Positions 12,201 through 26,600 of a stretch of 64,000 nt of DNA are shown in pieces. The stretch is taken from NCBI RefSeq assembly GCF_009914755.1, contig NC_060925.1, one strand, 5' to 3'. The notes beneath the pieces were generated by a model that worked only from the letters and a program-made list of their open reading frames with translations, made no database searches and was not told where the DNA came from. How positions within the stretch are numbered: the first letter of the stretch is position 1; every line of letters starts with the position of its first letter. The translations under genes were made by a program, and so were the position numbers. This DNA comes from the human T2T-CHM13v2.0 reference genome, Homo sapiens.

Positions 12201-14626
12201 AATGGAATCGAATGGATTCATTGAATAGAATCAGATGGAATCATCGAATGGACTGGAATGGAATCATTGAATGGACTCGAAAGGGATCATTATTGAATGG
12301 AATTGAATGGAATCATCGAATGGTCTCGATTGGAATCATTATCAAATGGAATCGAATGGAATCACCGAATAGAATCGAATGGAACAATCATCGAATGGAC
12401 TCAAATGGAATTATCCTCAAATGGAATCGAATGGAATTATCGAATGCAATCGAATGGAATTATCGAATGCAATCGAATAGAATCATCGAAAGGACTCGAA
12501 TGGAATCATCGAATGGAATGGAATGGAACAGTCAATGGACTCGAATGGAATCATCATTGAATGGAATCGAATGGAATCATCGAGTGGAATCGAATGGAAT
12601 TATGATCAAATGGAATCGAATGTAATCATCATCAAATGGAATCAAAAATAACCATCATCAATTGGTATTGAATGGAATTGTCATCAAATGGAATTCAAAG
12701 GAATCATCATCAAATGGAACCGAATGGAAGCCTCATTGAATGGAAATGAAAGGGGTCATCATCTAATGGAATCGCATGGAATCATCATCAAATGGAATCG
12801 AATGGAATCATCATCAAATGGAATCTAATGGAATCATTGAACAGAATTGAATGGAATCGTCATCGAATGAATTGAATGCAATCATCGAATGGTCTCGAAT
12901 GGAATCATCTTCTAATGGAAAGGAATGGAATCATCGCATAGAATCGAATGGAATTATCATCGAATGGAATCGAATGGTATCAACACCAAACGGAAAAAAA
13001 CGGAATTATCGAATGGAATCGAAGAGAATCTTCGAACGGACCCGAATGGAATCATCTAATGGAATGGAACGGAATAATCCATGGACTCGAATGCAATCAT
13101 CATCGAATGGAATCGAATGGAATCATCGAATGGACTCGAATGGAATAATCATTGAACGGAATCGAATGGAATCATCATCGGATGGAAACGAATGGAATCA
13201 TCATACAATGGAAATGAAAGGAGTCATCATCTAATGGAAATGCATGGAATCATCATAAAATGGAATCGAATGGAATCAACATCAAATGGAATCAAATGGA
13301 ATAATTGAACGGAAATGAATGGAATCGTCATCGAATGAGTTGAATGCAATCATCGAATGGTCTAGAATTGAATCATCTTCAATTGGAATGGAATGGAATC
13401 ATCGCATAGAATCGAATGGAAGTATCATCGAATGGAATCGAATGGAATCAACATCAAACGGAAAAAAACGGAATTATCGAATGGAATCGAAGAGAATCAT
13501 CGAATGGACCCGAATGGAATCATCTAATGGAATGGAATGGAATAATCCATGGACTCGAATGCAATCATCATCGAATGGAATCGAATGGAATCATCGAATG
13601 GACTCGAATGGAATAATCATTGAACGGAATCGAATGGAATCATCATCGGATGGAAATGAATGGAATCATCATCGAATGGAATCGAATAGAATTATGGAAT
13701 CAAATCCAGTGTGATCATCATCGAATGGACCCGAATGGAATCATCATCCAACGGAAGCTAATGGAATCAACATCGAATGAATCGAATGGAAACACCATCG
13801 AATTGAAACGAATGGAATTATCATGAAATTGAAATGGATGGACTCATCATCGAATGGATTCGAATGGAATCATCGAATAAAATTGATTGAAATCATCATC
13901 GAATGGAATCGAATGGTATCATTGAATGGAATCGAATGGAATCATCATCAGATGGAAATGAATGGAATCGTCATAGAATGGAATCGAATGGATTCATTGA
14001 ATGGAATCAGATGGAATCATCGAATGGACTGGAATGGAATCATTGAATGGACTCGAAAGGGATCATGATTGAATGGAATTGAATGGAATCATCGAATGGT
14101 CTCGATTGGAATCATTAACAAATGGAATCGAATGGAATCACCGAATAGAATCGAATGGAACAATCATCGAATGGACTCAAATGGAATTATCCTCCAATGG
14201 AATCGAATGGAATTATCGAATGCAATCGAATGGAATTATCGAATGCAATCGAATAGAATCATCGAAAGGACTCGAATGGAATCATCGAATGGAATGGAAT
14301 GGAACAGTCAATGAACTCGAATGGAATCATCATTGAATGGAATCGAATGGAATCATCGAGTGGAATCGAATGGAATTATGATCAAATGGAATCGAATGTA
14401 ATCATCATCAAATGGAATCAAAAATAACCATCATCAATTGGTATTGAATGGAATTGTCATCAAATGGAATTCAAAGGAATCATCATCAAATGGAACCGAA
14501 TGGAAGCCTCATTGAATGGAAATGAAAGGGGTCATCATCTAATGGAATCGCATGGAATCATCATCAAATGGAATCGAATGGAATCATCATCAAATGGAAT
14601 CTAATGGAATCATTGAACAGAATTGA
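9299..14626. repeat. Three canonical 1776-bp units (468+1308)
   Basis: Landmark ORFs at 8292, 10068, 11844 and 13620 are each 1776 bp apart. Confidence 0.93.
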
Positions 14627-17600
14627 ATGGAATCGTCATCGAATGAATTGAATGCAATCATCGAATGGTCTCGAATGGAATCATCTTCTAATGGAAAGGA
14701 ATGGAATCATCGCATAGAATCGAATGGAATTATCATCGAATGGAATCGAATGGTATCAACACCAAACGGAAAAAAACGGAATTATCGAATGGAATCGAAG
14801 AGAATCTTCGAACGGACCCGAATGGAATCATCTAATGGAATGGAACGGAATAATCCATGGACTCGAATGCAATCATCATCGAATGGAATCGAATGGAATC
14901 ATCGAATGGACTCGAATGGAATAATCATTGAACGGAATCGAATGGAATCATCATCGGATGGAAACGAATGGAATCATCATACAATGGAAATGAAAGGAGT
15001 CATCATCTAATGGAAATGCATGGAATCATCATAAAATGGAATCGAATGGAATCAACATCAAATGGAATCAAATGGAATAATTGAACGGAAATGAATGGAA
15101 TCGTCATCGAATGAATTGAATGCAATCATCGAATGGTCTAGAATTGAATCATCTTCAAATGGAATGGAATGGAATCATCGCATAGAATCGAATGGAAGTA
15201 TCATCGAATGGAATCGAATGGAATCAACATCAAACGGAAAAAAACGGAATTATCGAATGGAATCGAAGAGAATCTTCGAACGGACCCGAATGGAATCATC
15301 TAATGGAATGGAATGGAATAATCCATGGACTCGAATGCAATCATCATCGAATGGAATCGAATGGAATCATCGAATGGACTCGAATGGAATAATCATTGAA
15401 CGGAATCGAATGGAATCATCATCGGATGGAAATGAAAGGAGTCATCATCTAATGGAATTGCATGGAATCATCATAAAATGGAATCGAATGGAATCAACAT
15501 CAAATGGAATCAAATGGAATCATTGAACGGAATTGAATGGAATCGTCATCGAATGAATTGAATGCAATCATCGAATGGTCTCGAATGGAATCATCTTCAA
15601 ATGGAATGGAATGGAATCATCGCATAGAATCGAATGGAATTATCATCGAATGGAATCGAATGGAATCAACATCAAACGGAAAAAAACGGAATTATCGAAT
15701 GGAATCGAAGAGAATCATCGAATGGACCCGAATGGAATCATCTAATGGAATGGAATGGAATAATCCATGGACTCGAATGCAATCATCATCGAATGGAATC
15801 AAATGGAATCATCGAATGGACTCGAATGGAATAATCATTGAACGGAATCGAATGGAATCATCATCGGATGGAAATGAATGGAATCATCATCGAATGGAAT
15901 CGAATAGAATTATGGAATGAAATCCAGTGTGATCATCATCGAATGGACCCGAATGGAATCATCATCCAACGGATGCTAATGGAATCAACATCGAATGAAT
16001 CAAATGGAAACACCATCGAATTGAAACGAATGGAATTACCATGAAATTGAAATGGATGGACTCATCATCGAATGGATTCGAAAGGAATCATCGAATAAAA
16101 TTGATTGAAATCATCATCGAATGGAATCGAATGGTATCATTGAATGGAATCGAATGGAATCATCATCAGATGGAAATGAATGGAATCGTCATAGAATGGA
16201 ATCGAATGGATTCATTGAATGGAATCAGATGGAATCATCGAATGGACTGGAATGGAATCATTGAATGGACTCGAAAGGGATCATGATTGAATGGAATTGA
16301 ATGGAATCATCGAATGGTCTCGATTGGAATCATTAACAAATGGAATCGAATGGAATCACCGAATAGAATCGAATGGAACAATCATCGAATGGACTCAAAT
16401 GGAATTATCCTCCAATGGAATCGAATGGAATTATCGAATGCAATCGAATGGAATTATCGAATGCAATCGAATAGAATCATCGAAAGGACTCGAATGGAAT
16501 CATCGAATGGAATGGAATGGAACAGTCAATGAACTCGAATGGAATCATCATTGAATGGAATCGAATGGAATCATCGAGTGGAATCGAATGGAATTATGAT
16601 CAAATGGAATCGAATGTAATCATCATCAAATGGAATCAAAAATAACCATCATCAATTGGTATTGAATGGAATTGTCATCAAATGGAATTCAAAGGAATCA
16701 TCATCAAATGGAACCGAATGGAAGCCTCATTGAATGGAAATGAAAGGGGTCATCATCTAATGGAATCGCATGGAATCATCATCAAATGGAATCGAATGGA
16801 ATCATCATCAAATGGAATCTAATGGAATCATTGAACAGAATTGAATGGAATCGTCATCGAATGAATTGAATGCAATCATCGAATGGTCTCGAATGGAATC
16901 ATCTTCTAATGGAAAGGAATGGAATCATCGCATAGAATCGAATGGAATTATCATCGAATGGAATCGAATGGTATCAACACCAAACGGAAAAAAACGGAAT
17001 TATCGAATGGAATCGAAGAGAATCTTCGAACGGACCCGAATGGAATCATCTAATGGAATGGAACGGAATAATCCATGGACTCGAATGCAATCATCATCGA
17101 ATGGAATCGAATGGAATCATCGAATGGACTCGAATGGAATAATCATTGAACGGAATCGAATGGAATCATCATCGGATGGAAACGAATGGAATCATCATAC
17201 AATGGAAATGAAAGGAGTCATCATCTAATGGAAATGCATGGAATCATCATAAAATGGAATCGAATGGAATCAACATCAAATGGAATCAAATGGAATAATT
17301 GAACGGAAATGAATGGAATCGTCATCGAATGAATTGAATGCAATCATCGAATGGTCTAGAATTGAATCATCTTCAAATGGAATGGAATGGAATCATCGCA
17401 TAGAATCGAATGGAAGTATCATCGAATGGAATCGAATGGAATCAACATCAAACGGAAAAAAACGGAATTATCGAATGGAATCGAAGAGAATCTTCGAACG
17501 GACCCGAATGGAATCATCTAATGGAATGGAATGGAATAATCCATGGACTCGAATGCAATCATCATCGAATGGAATCGAATGGAATCATCGAATGGACTCG

Positions 17601-20600
17601 AATGGAATAATCATTGAACGGAATCGAATGGAATCATCATCGGATGGAAATGAAAGGAGTCATCATCTAATGGAATTGCATGGAATCATCATAAAATGGA
17701 ATCGAATGGAATCAACATCAAATGGAATCAAATGGAATCATTGAACGGAATTGAATGGAATCGTCATCGAATGAATTGAATGCAATCATCGAATGGTCTC
17801 GAATGGAATCATCTTCAAATGGAATGGAATGGAATCATCGCATAGAATCGAATGGAATTATCATCGAATGGAATCGAATGGAATCAACATCAAACGGAAA
17901 AAAACGGAATTCTCGAATGGAATCGAAGAGAATCATCGAATGGACCCGAATGGAATCATCTAATGGAATGGAATGGAATAATCCATGGACTCGAATGCAA
18001 TCATCATCGAATGGAATCGAATGGAAACATCCAATGGACTCGAATGGAATAATCATTGAACGGAATCGAATGGAATCATCATCGGATGGAAATGAATGGA
18101 ATCATCATCGAATGGAATCGAATAGAATTATGGAATGAAATCCAGTGTGATCATCATCGAATGGACCCGAATGGAATCATCATCCAACGGATGCTAATGG
18201 AATCAACATCGAATGAATCAAATGGAAACACCATCGAATTGAAACGAATGGAATTACCATGAAATTGAAATGGATGGACTCATCATCGAATGGATTTGAA
18301 AGGAATCATCGAATAAAATTGATTGAAATCATCATCGAATGGAATCGAATGGTATCATTGAATGGAATCGAATGGAATCATCATCAGATGGAAATGAATG
18401 GAATCGTCATAGAATGGAATCGAATGGATTCATTGAATGGAATCAGATGGAATCATCGAATGGACTGGAATGGAATCATTGAATGGACTCGAAAGAGATC
18501 ATGATTGAATGGAATTGAATGGAATCATCGAATGGTCTCGATTGGAATCATTATCAAATGGAATCGAATGGAATCACCGAATAGAATCGAATGGAACAAT
18601 CATCGAATGGACTCAAATGGAATTATCCTCCAATGGAATCGAATGGAATTATCGAATGCAATCGAATGGAATTATCGAATGCAAACGAATAGAATCATCG
18701 AATGGACTCGAATGGAATCATCGAATGGAATGGAATGGAACAGTCAATGAACTCGAATGGAATCATCATTGAATGGAATCGAATGGAATCATCGAGTGGA
18801 ATCGAATGGAATTATGATCAAATGGAATCGAATGTAATCATCATCAAATGGAATCAAAAATAACCATCATCAATTGGTATTGAATGGAATTGTCATCAAA
18901 TGGAATTCAAAGGAAACATCATCAAATGGAACCGAATGGAATCCTCATTGAATGGAAATGAAAGGGGTCATCATCTAATGGAATCGCATGGAATCATCAT
19001 CAAATGGAATCGAATGGAATCATCATGAAATGGAATCTAATGGAATCATTGAACAGAATTGAATGGAATCGTCATCGAATGAATTGAATGCAATCATCGA
19101 ATGGTCTCGAATGGAACCATCTTCTAATGGAAAGGAATGGAATCATCGCATAGAATCGAATGGAATTATCATCGAATGGAATCGAATGGTATCAACACCA
19201 AACGGAAAAAAACGGAATTATCGAATGGAATCGAAGAGAATCTTCGAACGGACCCGAATGGAATCATCTAATGGAATGGAATGGAATAATCCATGGACTC
19301 GAATGCAATCATCATCGAATGGAATCGAATGGAATCATCGAATGGACTCGAATGGAATAATCATTGAACGGAATCGAATGGAATCATCATCGGATGGAAA
19401 CGAATGGAATCATCATCGAATGGAAATGAAAGGAGTCATCATCTAATGGAATTGCATGGAATCATCATAAAATGGAATCGAATGGAATCAACATCAAATG
19501 GAATCAAATGGAATCATTGAACGGAATTGAATGGAATCGTCATCGAATGAATTGAATGCAATCATCGAATGGTCTCGAATGGAATCATCTTCAAATGGAA
19601 TGGAATGGAATCATCGCATAGAATCGAATGAAATTATCATCGAATGGAATCGAATGGAATCAACATCAAACGGAAAAAAACGGAATTATCGAATGGAATC
19701 GAAGAGAATCATCGAATGGACCCGAATGGAATCATCTAATGGAATGGAATGGAATAATCCATGGACTCGAATGCAATCATCATCGAATGGAATCGAATGG
19801 AATCATCGAATGGACTCGAATGGAATAATCATTGAACGGAATCGAATGGAATCATCATCGGATGGAAATGAAAGGAGTCATCATCTAATGGAATTGCATG
19901 GAATCATCATAAAATGGAATCGAATGGAATCAACATCAAATGGAATCAAATGGAATCATTGAACGGAATTGAATGGAATCGTCATCGAATGAATTGAATG
20001 CAATCATCGAATGGTCTCGAATGGAATCATCTTCAAATGGAATGGAATGGAATCATCGCATAGAATCGAATGGAATTATCATCGAATGGAATCGAATGGA
20101 ATCAACATCAAACGGAAAAAAACGGAATTATCGAATGGAATCGAAGAGAATCATCGAATGGACCCGAATGGAATCATCTAATGGAATGGAATGGAATAAT
20201 CCATGGACTCGAATGCAATCATCATCGAATGGAATCAAATGGAATCATCGAATGGACTCGAATGGAATAATCATTGAACGGAATCGAATGGAATCATCAT
20301 CGGATGGAAATGAATGGAATCATCATCGAATGGAATCGAATAGAATTATGGAATGAAATCCAGTGTGATCATCATCGAATGGACCCGAATGGAATCATCA
20401 TCCAACGGATGCTAATGGAATCAACATCGAATGAATCAAATGGAAACACCATCGAATTGAAACGAATGGAATTACCATGAAATTGAAATGGATGGACTCA
20501 TCATCGAATGGATTCGAAAGGAATCATCGAATAAAATTGATTGAAATCATCATCGAATGGAATCGAATGGTATCATTGAATGGAATCGAATGGAATCATC

Positions 20601-23600
20601 ATCAGATGGAAATGAATGGAATCGTCATAGAATGGAATCGAATGGATTCATTGAATGGAATCAGATGGAATCATCGAATGGACTGGAATGGAATCATTGA
20701 ATGGACTCGAAAGAGATCATGATTGAATGGAATTGAATGGAATCATCGAATGGTCTCGATTGGAATCATTATCAAATGGAATCGAATGGAATCACCGAAT
20801 AGAATCGAATGGAACAATCATCGAATGGACTCAAATGGAATTATCCTCCAATGGAATCGAATGGAATTATCGAATGAAATCGAATGGAATTATCGAATGC
20901 AATCGAATAGAATCATCGAATGGACTCGAATGGAATCATCGAATGGAATGGAATGGAACAGTCAATGAACTCGAATGGAATCATCATTGAATGGAATCGA
21001 ATGGAATCATCGAGTGGAATCGAATGGAATTATGATCAAATGGAATCGAATGTAATCATCATCAAATGGAATCAAAAATAACCATCATCAATTGGTATTG
21101 AATGGAATTGTCATCAAATGGAATTCAAAGGAAACATCATCAAATGGAACCGAATGGAATCCTCATTGAATGGAAATGAAAGGGGTCATCATCTAATGGA
21201 ATCGCATGGAATCATCATCAAATGGAATCGAATGGAATCATCATCAAATGGAATCTAATGGAATCATTGAACAGAATTGAATGGAATCGTCATCGAATGA
21301 ATTGAATGCAATCATCGAATGGTCTCGAATGGAACCATCTTCTAATGGAAAGGAATGGAATCATCGCATAGAATCGAATGGAATTATCATCGAATGGAAT
21401 CGAATGGTATCAACACCAAACGGAAAAAAACGGAATTATCGAATGGAATCGAAGAGAATCTTCGAACGGACCCGAATGGAATCATCTAATGGAATGGAAT
21501 GGAATAATCCATGGACTCGAATGCAATCATCATCGAATGGAATCGAATGGAATCATCGAATGGACTCGAATGGAATAATCATTGAACGGAATCGAATGGA
21601 ATCATCATCGGATGGAAACGAATGGAATCATCATCGAATGGAAATGAAAGGAGTCATCATCTAATGGAATTGCATGGAATCATCATAAAATGGAATCGAA
21701 TGGAATCAACATCAAATGGAATCAAATGGAATCATTGAACGGAATTGAATGGAATCGTCATCGAATGAATTGAATGCAATCATCGAATGGTCTCGAATGG
21801 AATCATCTTCAAATGGAATGGAATGGAATCATCGCATAGAATCGAATGAAATTATCATCGAATGGAATCGAATGGAATCAACATCAAACGGAAAAAAACG
21901 GAATTATCGAATGGAATCGAAGAGAATCATCGAATGGACCCGAATGGAATCATCTAATGGAATGGAATGGAATAATCCATGGACTCGAATGCAATCATCA
22001 TCGAATGGAATCGAATGGAATCATCGAATGGACTCGAATGGAATAATCATTGAACGGAATCGAATGGAATCATCATCGGATGGAAATGAAAGGAGTCATC
22101 ATCTAATGGAATTGCATGGAATCATCATAAAATGGAATCGAATGGAATCAACATCAAATGGAATCAAATGGAATCATTGAACGGAATTGAATGGAATCGT
22201 CATCGAATGAATTGAATGCAATCATCGAATGGTCTCGAATGGAATCATCTTCAAATGGAATGGAATGGAATCATCGCATAGAATCGAATGGAATTATCAT
22301 CGAATGGAATCGAATGGAATCAACATCAAACGGAAAAAAACGGAATTATCGAATGGAATCGAAGAGAATCATCGAATGGACCCGAATGGAATCATCTAAT
22401 GGAATGGAATGGAATAATCCATGGACTCGAATGCAATCATCATCGAATGGAATCAAATGGAATCATCGAATGGACTCGAATGGAATAATCATTGAACGGA
22501 ATCGAATGGAATCATCATCGGATGGAAATGAATGGAATCATCATCGAATGGAATCGAATAGAATTATGGAATGAAATCCAGTGTGATCATCATCGAATGG
22601 ACCCGAATGGAATCATCATCCAACGGATGCTAATGGAATCAACATCGAATGAATCAAATGGAAACACCATCGAATTGAAACGAATGGAATTACCATGAAA
22701 TTGAAATGGATGGACTCATCATCGAATGGATTCGAAAGGAATCATCGAATAAAATTGATTGAAATCATCATCGAATGGAATCGAATGGTATCATTGAATG
22801 GAATCGAATGGAATCATCATCAGATGGAAATGAATGGAATCGTCATAGAATGGAATCGAATGGATTCATTGAATGGAATCAGATGGAATCATCGAATGGA
22901 CTGGAATGGAATCATTGAATGGACTCGAAAGAGATCATGATTGAATGGAATTGAATGGAATCATCGAATGGTCTCGATTGGAATCATTATCAAATGGAAT
23001 CGAATGGAATCACCGAATAGAATCGAATGGAACAATCATCGAATGGACTCAAATGGAATTATCCTCCAATGGAATCGAATGGAATTATCGAATGAAATCG
23101 AATGGAATTATCGAATGCAATCGAATAGAATCATCGAATGGACTCGAATGGAATCATCGAATGGAATGGAATGGAACAGTCAATGAACTCGAATGGAATC
23201 ATCATTGAATGGAATCGAATGGAATCATCGAGTGGAATCGAATGGAATTATGATCAAATGGAATCGAATGTAATCATCATCAAATGGAATCAAAAATAAC
23301 CATCATCAATTGGTATTGAATGGAATTGTCATCAAATGGAATTCAAAGGAAACATCATCAAATGGAACCGAATGGAATCCTCATTGAATGGAAATGAAAG
23401 GGGTCATCATCTAATGGAATCGCATGGAATCATCATCAAATGGAATCGAATGGAATCATCATCAAATGGAATCTAATGGAATCATTGAACAGAATTGAAT
23501 GGAATCGTCATCGAATGAATTGAATGCAATCATCGAATGGTCTCGAATGGAACCATCTTCTAATGGAAAGGAATGGAATCATCGCATAGAATCGAATGGA

Positions 23601-26600
23601 ATTATCATCGAATGGAATCGAATGGTATCAACACCAAACGGAAAAAAACGGAATTATCGAATGGAATCGAAGAGAATCTTCGAAAGGACCCGAATGGAAT
23701 CATCTAATGGAATGGAATGGAATAATCCATGGACTCGAATGCAATCATCATCGAATGGAATCGAATGGAATCATCGAATGGACTCGAATGAAATAATCAT
23801 TGAACGGAATCGAATGGAATCATCATCGGATGGAAACGAATGGAATCATCATCGAATGGAAATGAAAGGAGTCATCATCTAATGGAATTGCATGGAATCA
23901 TCATAAAATGGAATCGAATGGAATCAACATCAAATGGAATCAAATGGAATCATTGAACGGAATTGAATGGAATCGTCATCGAATAAATTGAATGCAATCA
24001 TCGAATGGTCTCGAATGGAATCATCTTCAAATGGAATGGAATGGAATCATCGCATAGAATCGAATGGAATTATCATCGAATGGAATCGAATGGAATCAAC
24101 ATCAAACGGAAAAAAACGGAATTATCGAATGGAATCGAAGAGAATCATCGAATGGACCCGAATGGAATCATCTAATGGAATGGAATGGAATAATCCATGG
24201 ACTCGAATGCAATCATCATCGAATGGAATCGAATGGAATCATCGAATGGACTCGAATGGAATAATCATTGAACAGAATCGAATGGAATCATCATCGGATG
24301 GAAATGAAAGGAGTCATCATCTAATGGAATTGCATGGAATCATCATAAAATGGAATCGAATGGAATCAACATCAAATGGAATCAAATGGAATCATTGAAC
24401 GGAATTGAATGGAATCGTCATCGAATGAATTGAATGCAATCATCGAATGGTCTCGAATGGAATCACCTTCAAATGGAATGGAATGGAATCATCGCATAGA
24501 ATCGAATGGAATTATCATCGAATGGAATCGAATGGAATCAACATCAAACGGAAAAAAACGGAATTATCGAATGGAATCGAAGAGAATCATCGAATGGACC
24601 CGAATGGAATCATCTAATGGAATGGAATGGAATAATCCATGGACTCGAATGCAATCATCATCGAATGGAATCGAATGGAATCATCCAATGGACTCGAATG
24701 GAATAATCATTGAACGGAATCGAATGGAATCATCATCGGATGGAAATGAATGGAATCATCATCGAATGGAATCGAATAGAATTATGGAATGAAATCCAGT
24801 GTGATCATCATCGAATGGACCCGAATGGAATCATCATCCAACGGATGCTAATGGAATCAACATCGAATGAATCAAATGGAAACACCATCGAATTGAAACG
24901 AATGGAATTACCATGAAATTGAAATGGATGGACTCATCATCGAATGGATTTGAAAGGAATCATCGAATAAAATTGATTGAAATCATCATCGAATGGAATC
25001 GAATGGTATCATTGAATGGAATCGAATGGAATCATCATCAGATGGAAATGAATGGAATCGTCATAGAATGGAATCGAATGGATTCATTGAATGGAATCAG
25101 ATGGAATCATCGAATGGACTGGAATGGAATCATTGAATGGACTCGAAAGAGATCATGATTGAATGGAATTGAATGGAATCATCGAATGGTCTCGATTGGA
25201 ATCATTATCAAATGGAATCGAATGGAATCACCGAATAGAATCGAATGGAACAATCATCGAATGGACTCAAATGGAATTATCCTCCAATGGAATCGAATGG
25301 AATTATCGAATGCAATCGAATGGAATTATCGAATGCAAACGAATAGAATCATCGAATGGACTCGAATGGAATCATCGAATGGAATGGAATGGAACAGTCA
25401 ATGAACTCGAATGGAATCATCATTGAATGGAATCGAATGGAATCATCGAGTGGAATCGAATGGAATTATGATCAAATGGAATCGAATGTAATCATCATCA
25501 AATGGAATCAAAAATAACCATCATCAATTGGTATTGAATGGAATTGTCATCAAATGGAATTCAAAGGAAACATCATCAAATGGAACCGAATGGAATCCTC
25601 ATTGAATGGAAATGAAAGGGGTCATCATCTAATGGAATCGCATGGAATCATCATCAAATGGAATCGAATGGAATCATCATGAAATGGAATCTAATGGAAT
25701 CATTGAACAGAATTGAATGGAATCGTCATCGAATGAATTGAATGCAATCATCGAATGGTCTCGAATGGAACCATCTTCTAATGGAAAGGAATGGAATCAT
25801 CGCATAGAATCGAATGGAATTATCATCGAATGGAATCGAATGGTATCAACACCAAACGGAAAAAAACGGAATTATCGAATGGAATCGAAGAGAATCTTCG
25901 AACGGACCCGAATGGAATCATCTAATGGAATGGAATGGAATAATCCATGGACTCGAATGCAATCATCATCGAATGGAATCGAATGGAATCATCGAATGGA
26001 CTCGAATGGAATAATCATTGAACGGAATCGAATGGAATCATCATCGGATGGAAACGAATGGAATCATCATCGAATGGAAATGAAAGGAGTCATCATCTAA
26101 TGGAATTGCATGGAATCATCATAAAATGGAATCGAATGGAAACAACATCAAATGGAATCAAATGGAATCATTGAACGGAATTGAATGGAATCGTCATTGA
26201 ATAAATTGAATGCAATCATCGAATGGTCTCGAATGGAATCATCTTCAAATGGAATGGAATGGAATCATCGCATAGAATCGAATGGAATTATCATCGAATG
26301 GAATCGAATGGAATCAACATCAAACGGAAAAAAACGGAATTATCGAATGGAATCGAAGAGAATCATCGAATGGAACCGAATGGAATCATCTAATGGAATG
26401 GAATGGAATAATCCATGGACTCGAATGCAATCATCATCGAATGGAATCGAATGGAATCATCGAATGGACTCGAATGGAATAATCATTGAACAGAATCGAA
26501 TGGAATCATCATCGGATGGAAATGAAAGGAGTCATCATCTAATGGAATTGCATGGAATCATCATAAAATGGAATCGAATGGAATCAACATCAAATGGAAT

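Larger units (their letters stand above)
1..14626. repeat. Left heterogeneous domain: units of ~1776 (truncated), 1308, 1774, 2218, 2244, 1776, 1776 and 1776 bp
   Basis: Unit starts (anchor ATGGAATC[G/A]TCATCGAATGAATTG) at 1755, 3063, 4837, 7055, 9299, 11075, 12851 and 14627, derived from the spacing of homologous ORFs. More private substitutions per unit than downstream. Confidence 0.9.

Noticed and set aside
12047-12625. Longest ORF (192 aa), and the 159-aa ORF at 8495-8974
   Set aside because: They arise only from chance loss of stop codons (e.g. TGA>TTA, TGA>TGG) that fuse adjacent satellite frames.
17835-18056. Only minus-strand ORF (73 aa); possible inversion or insertion
   Set aside because: The sequence stays in the same orientation and register. 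Point variants (17913, 18027) merely remove minus-strand stop codons.
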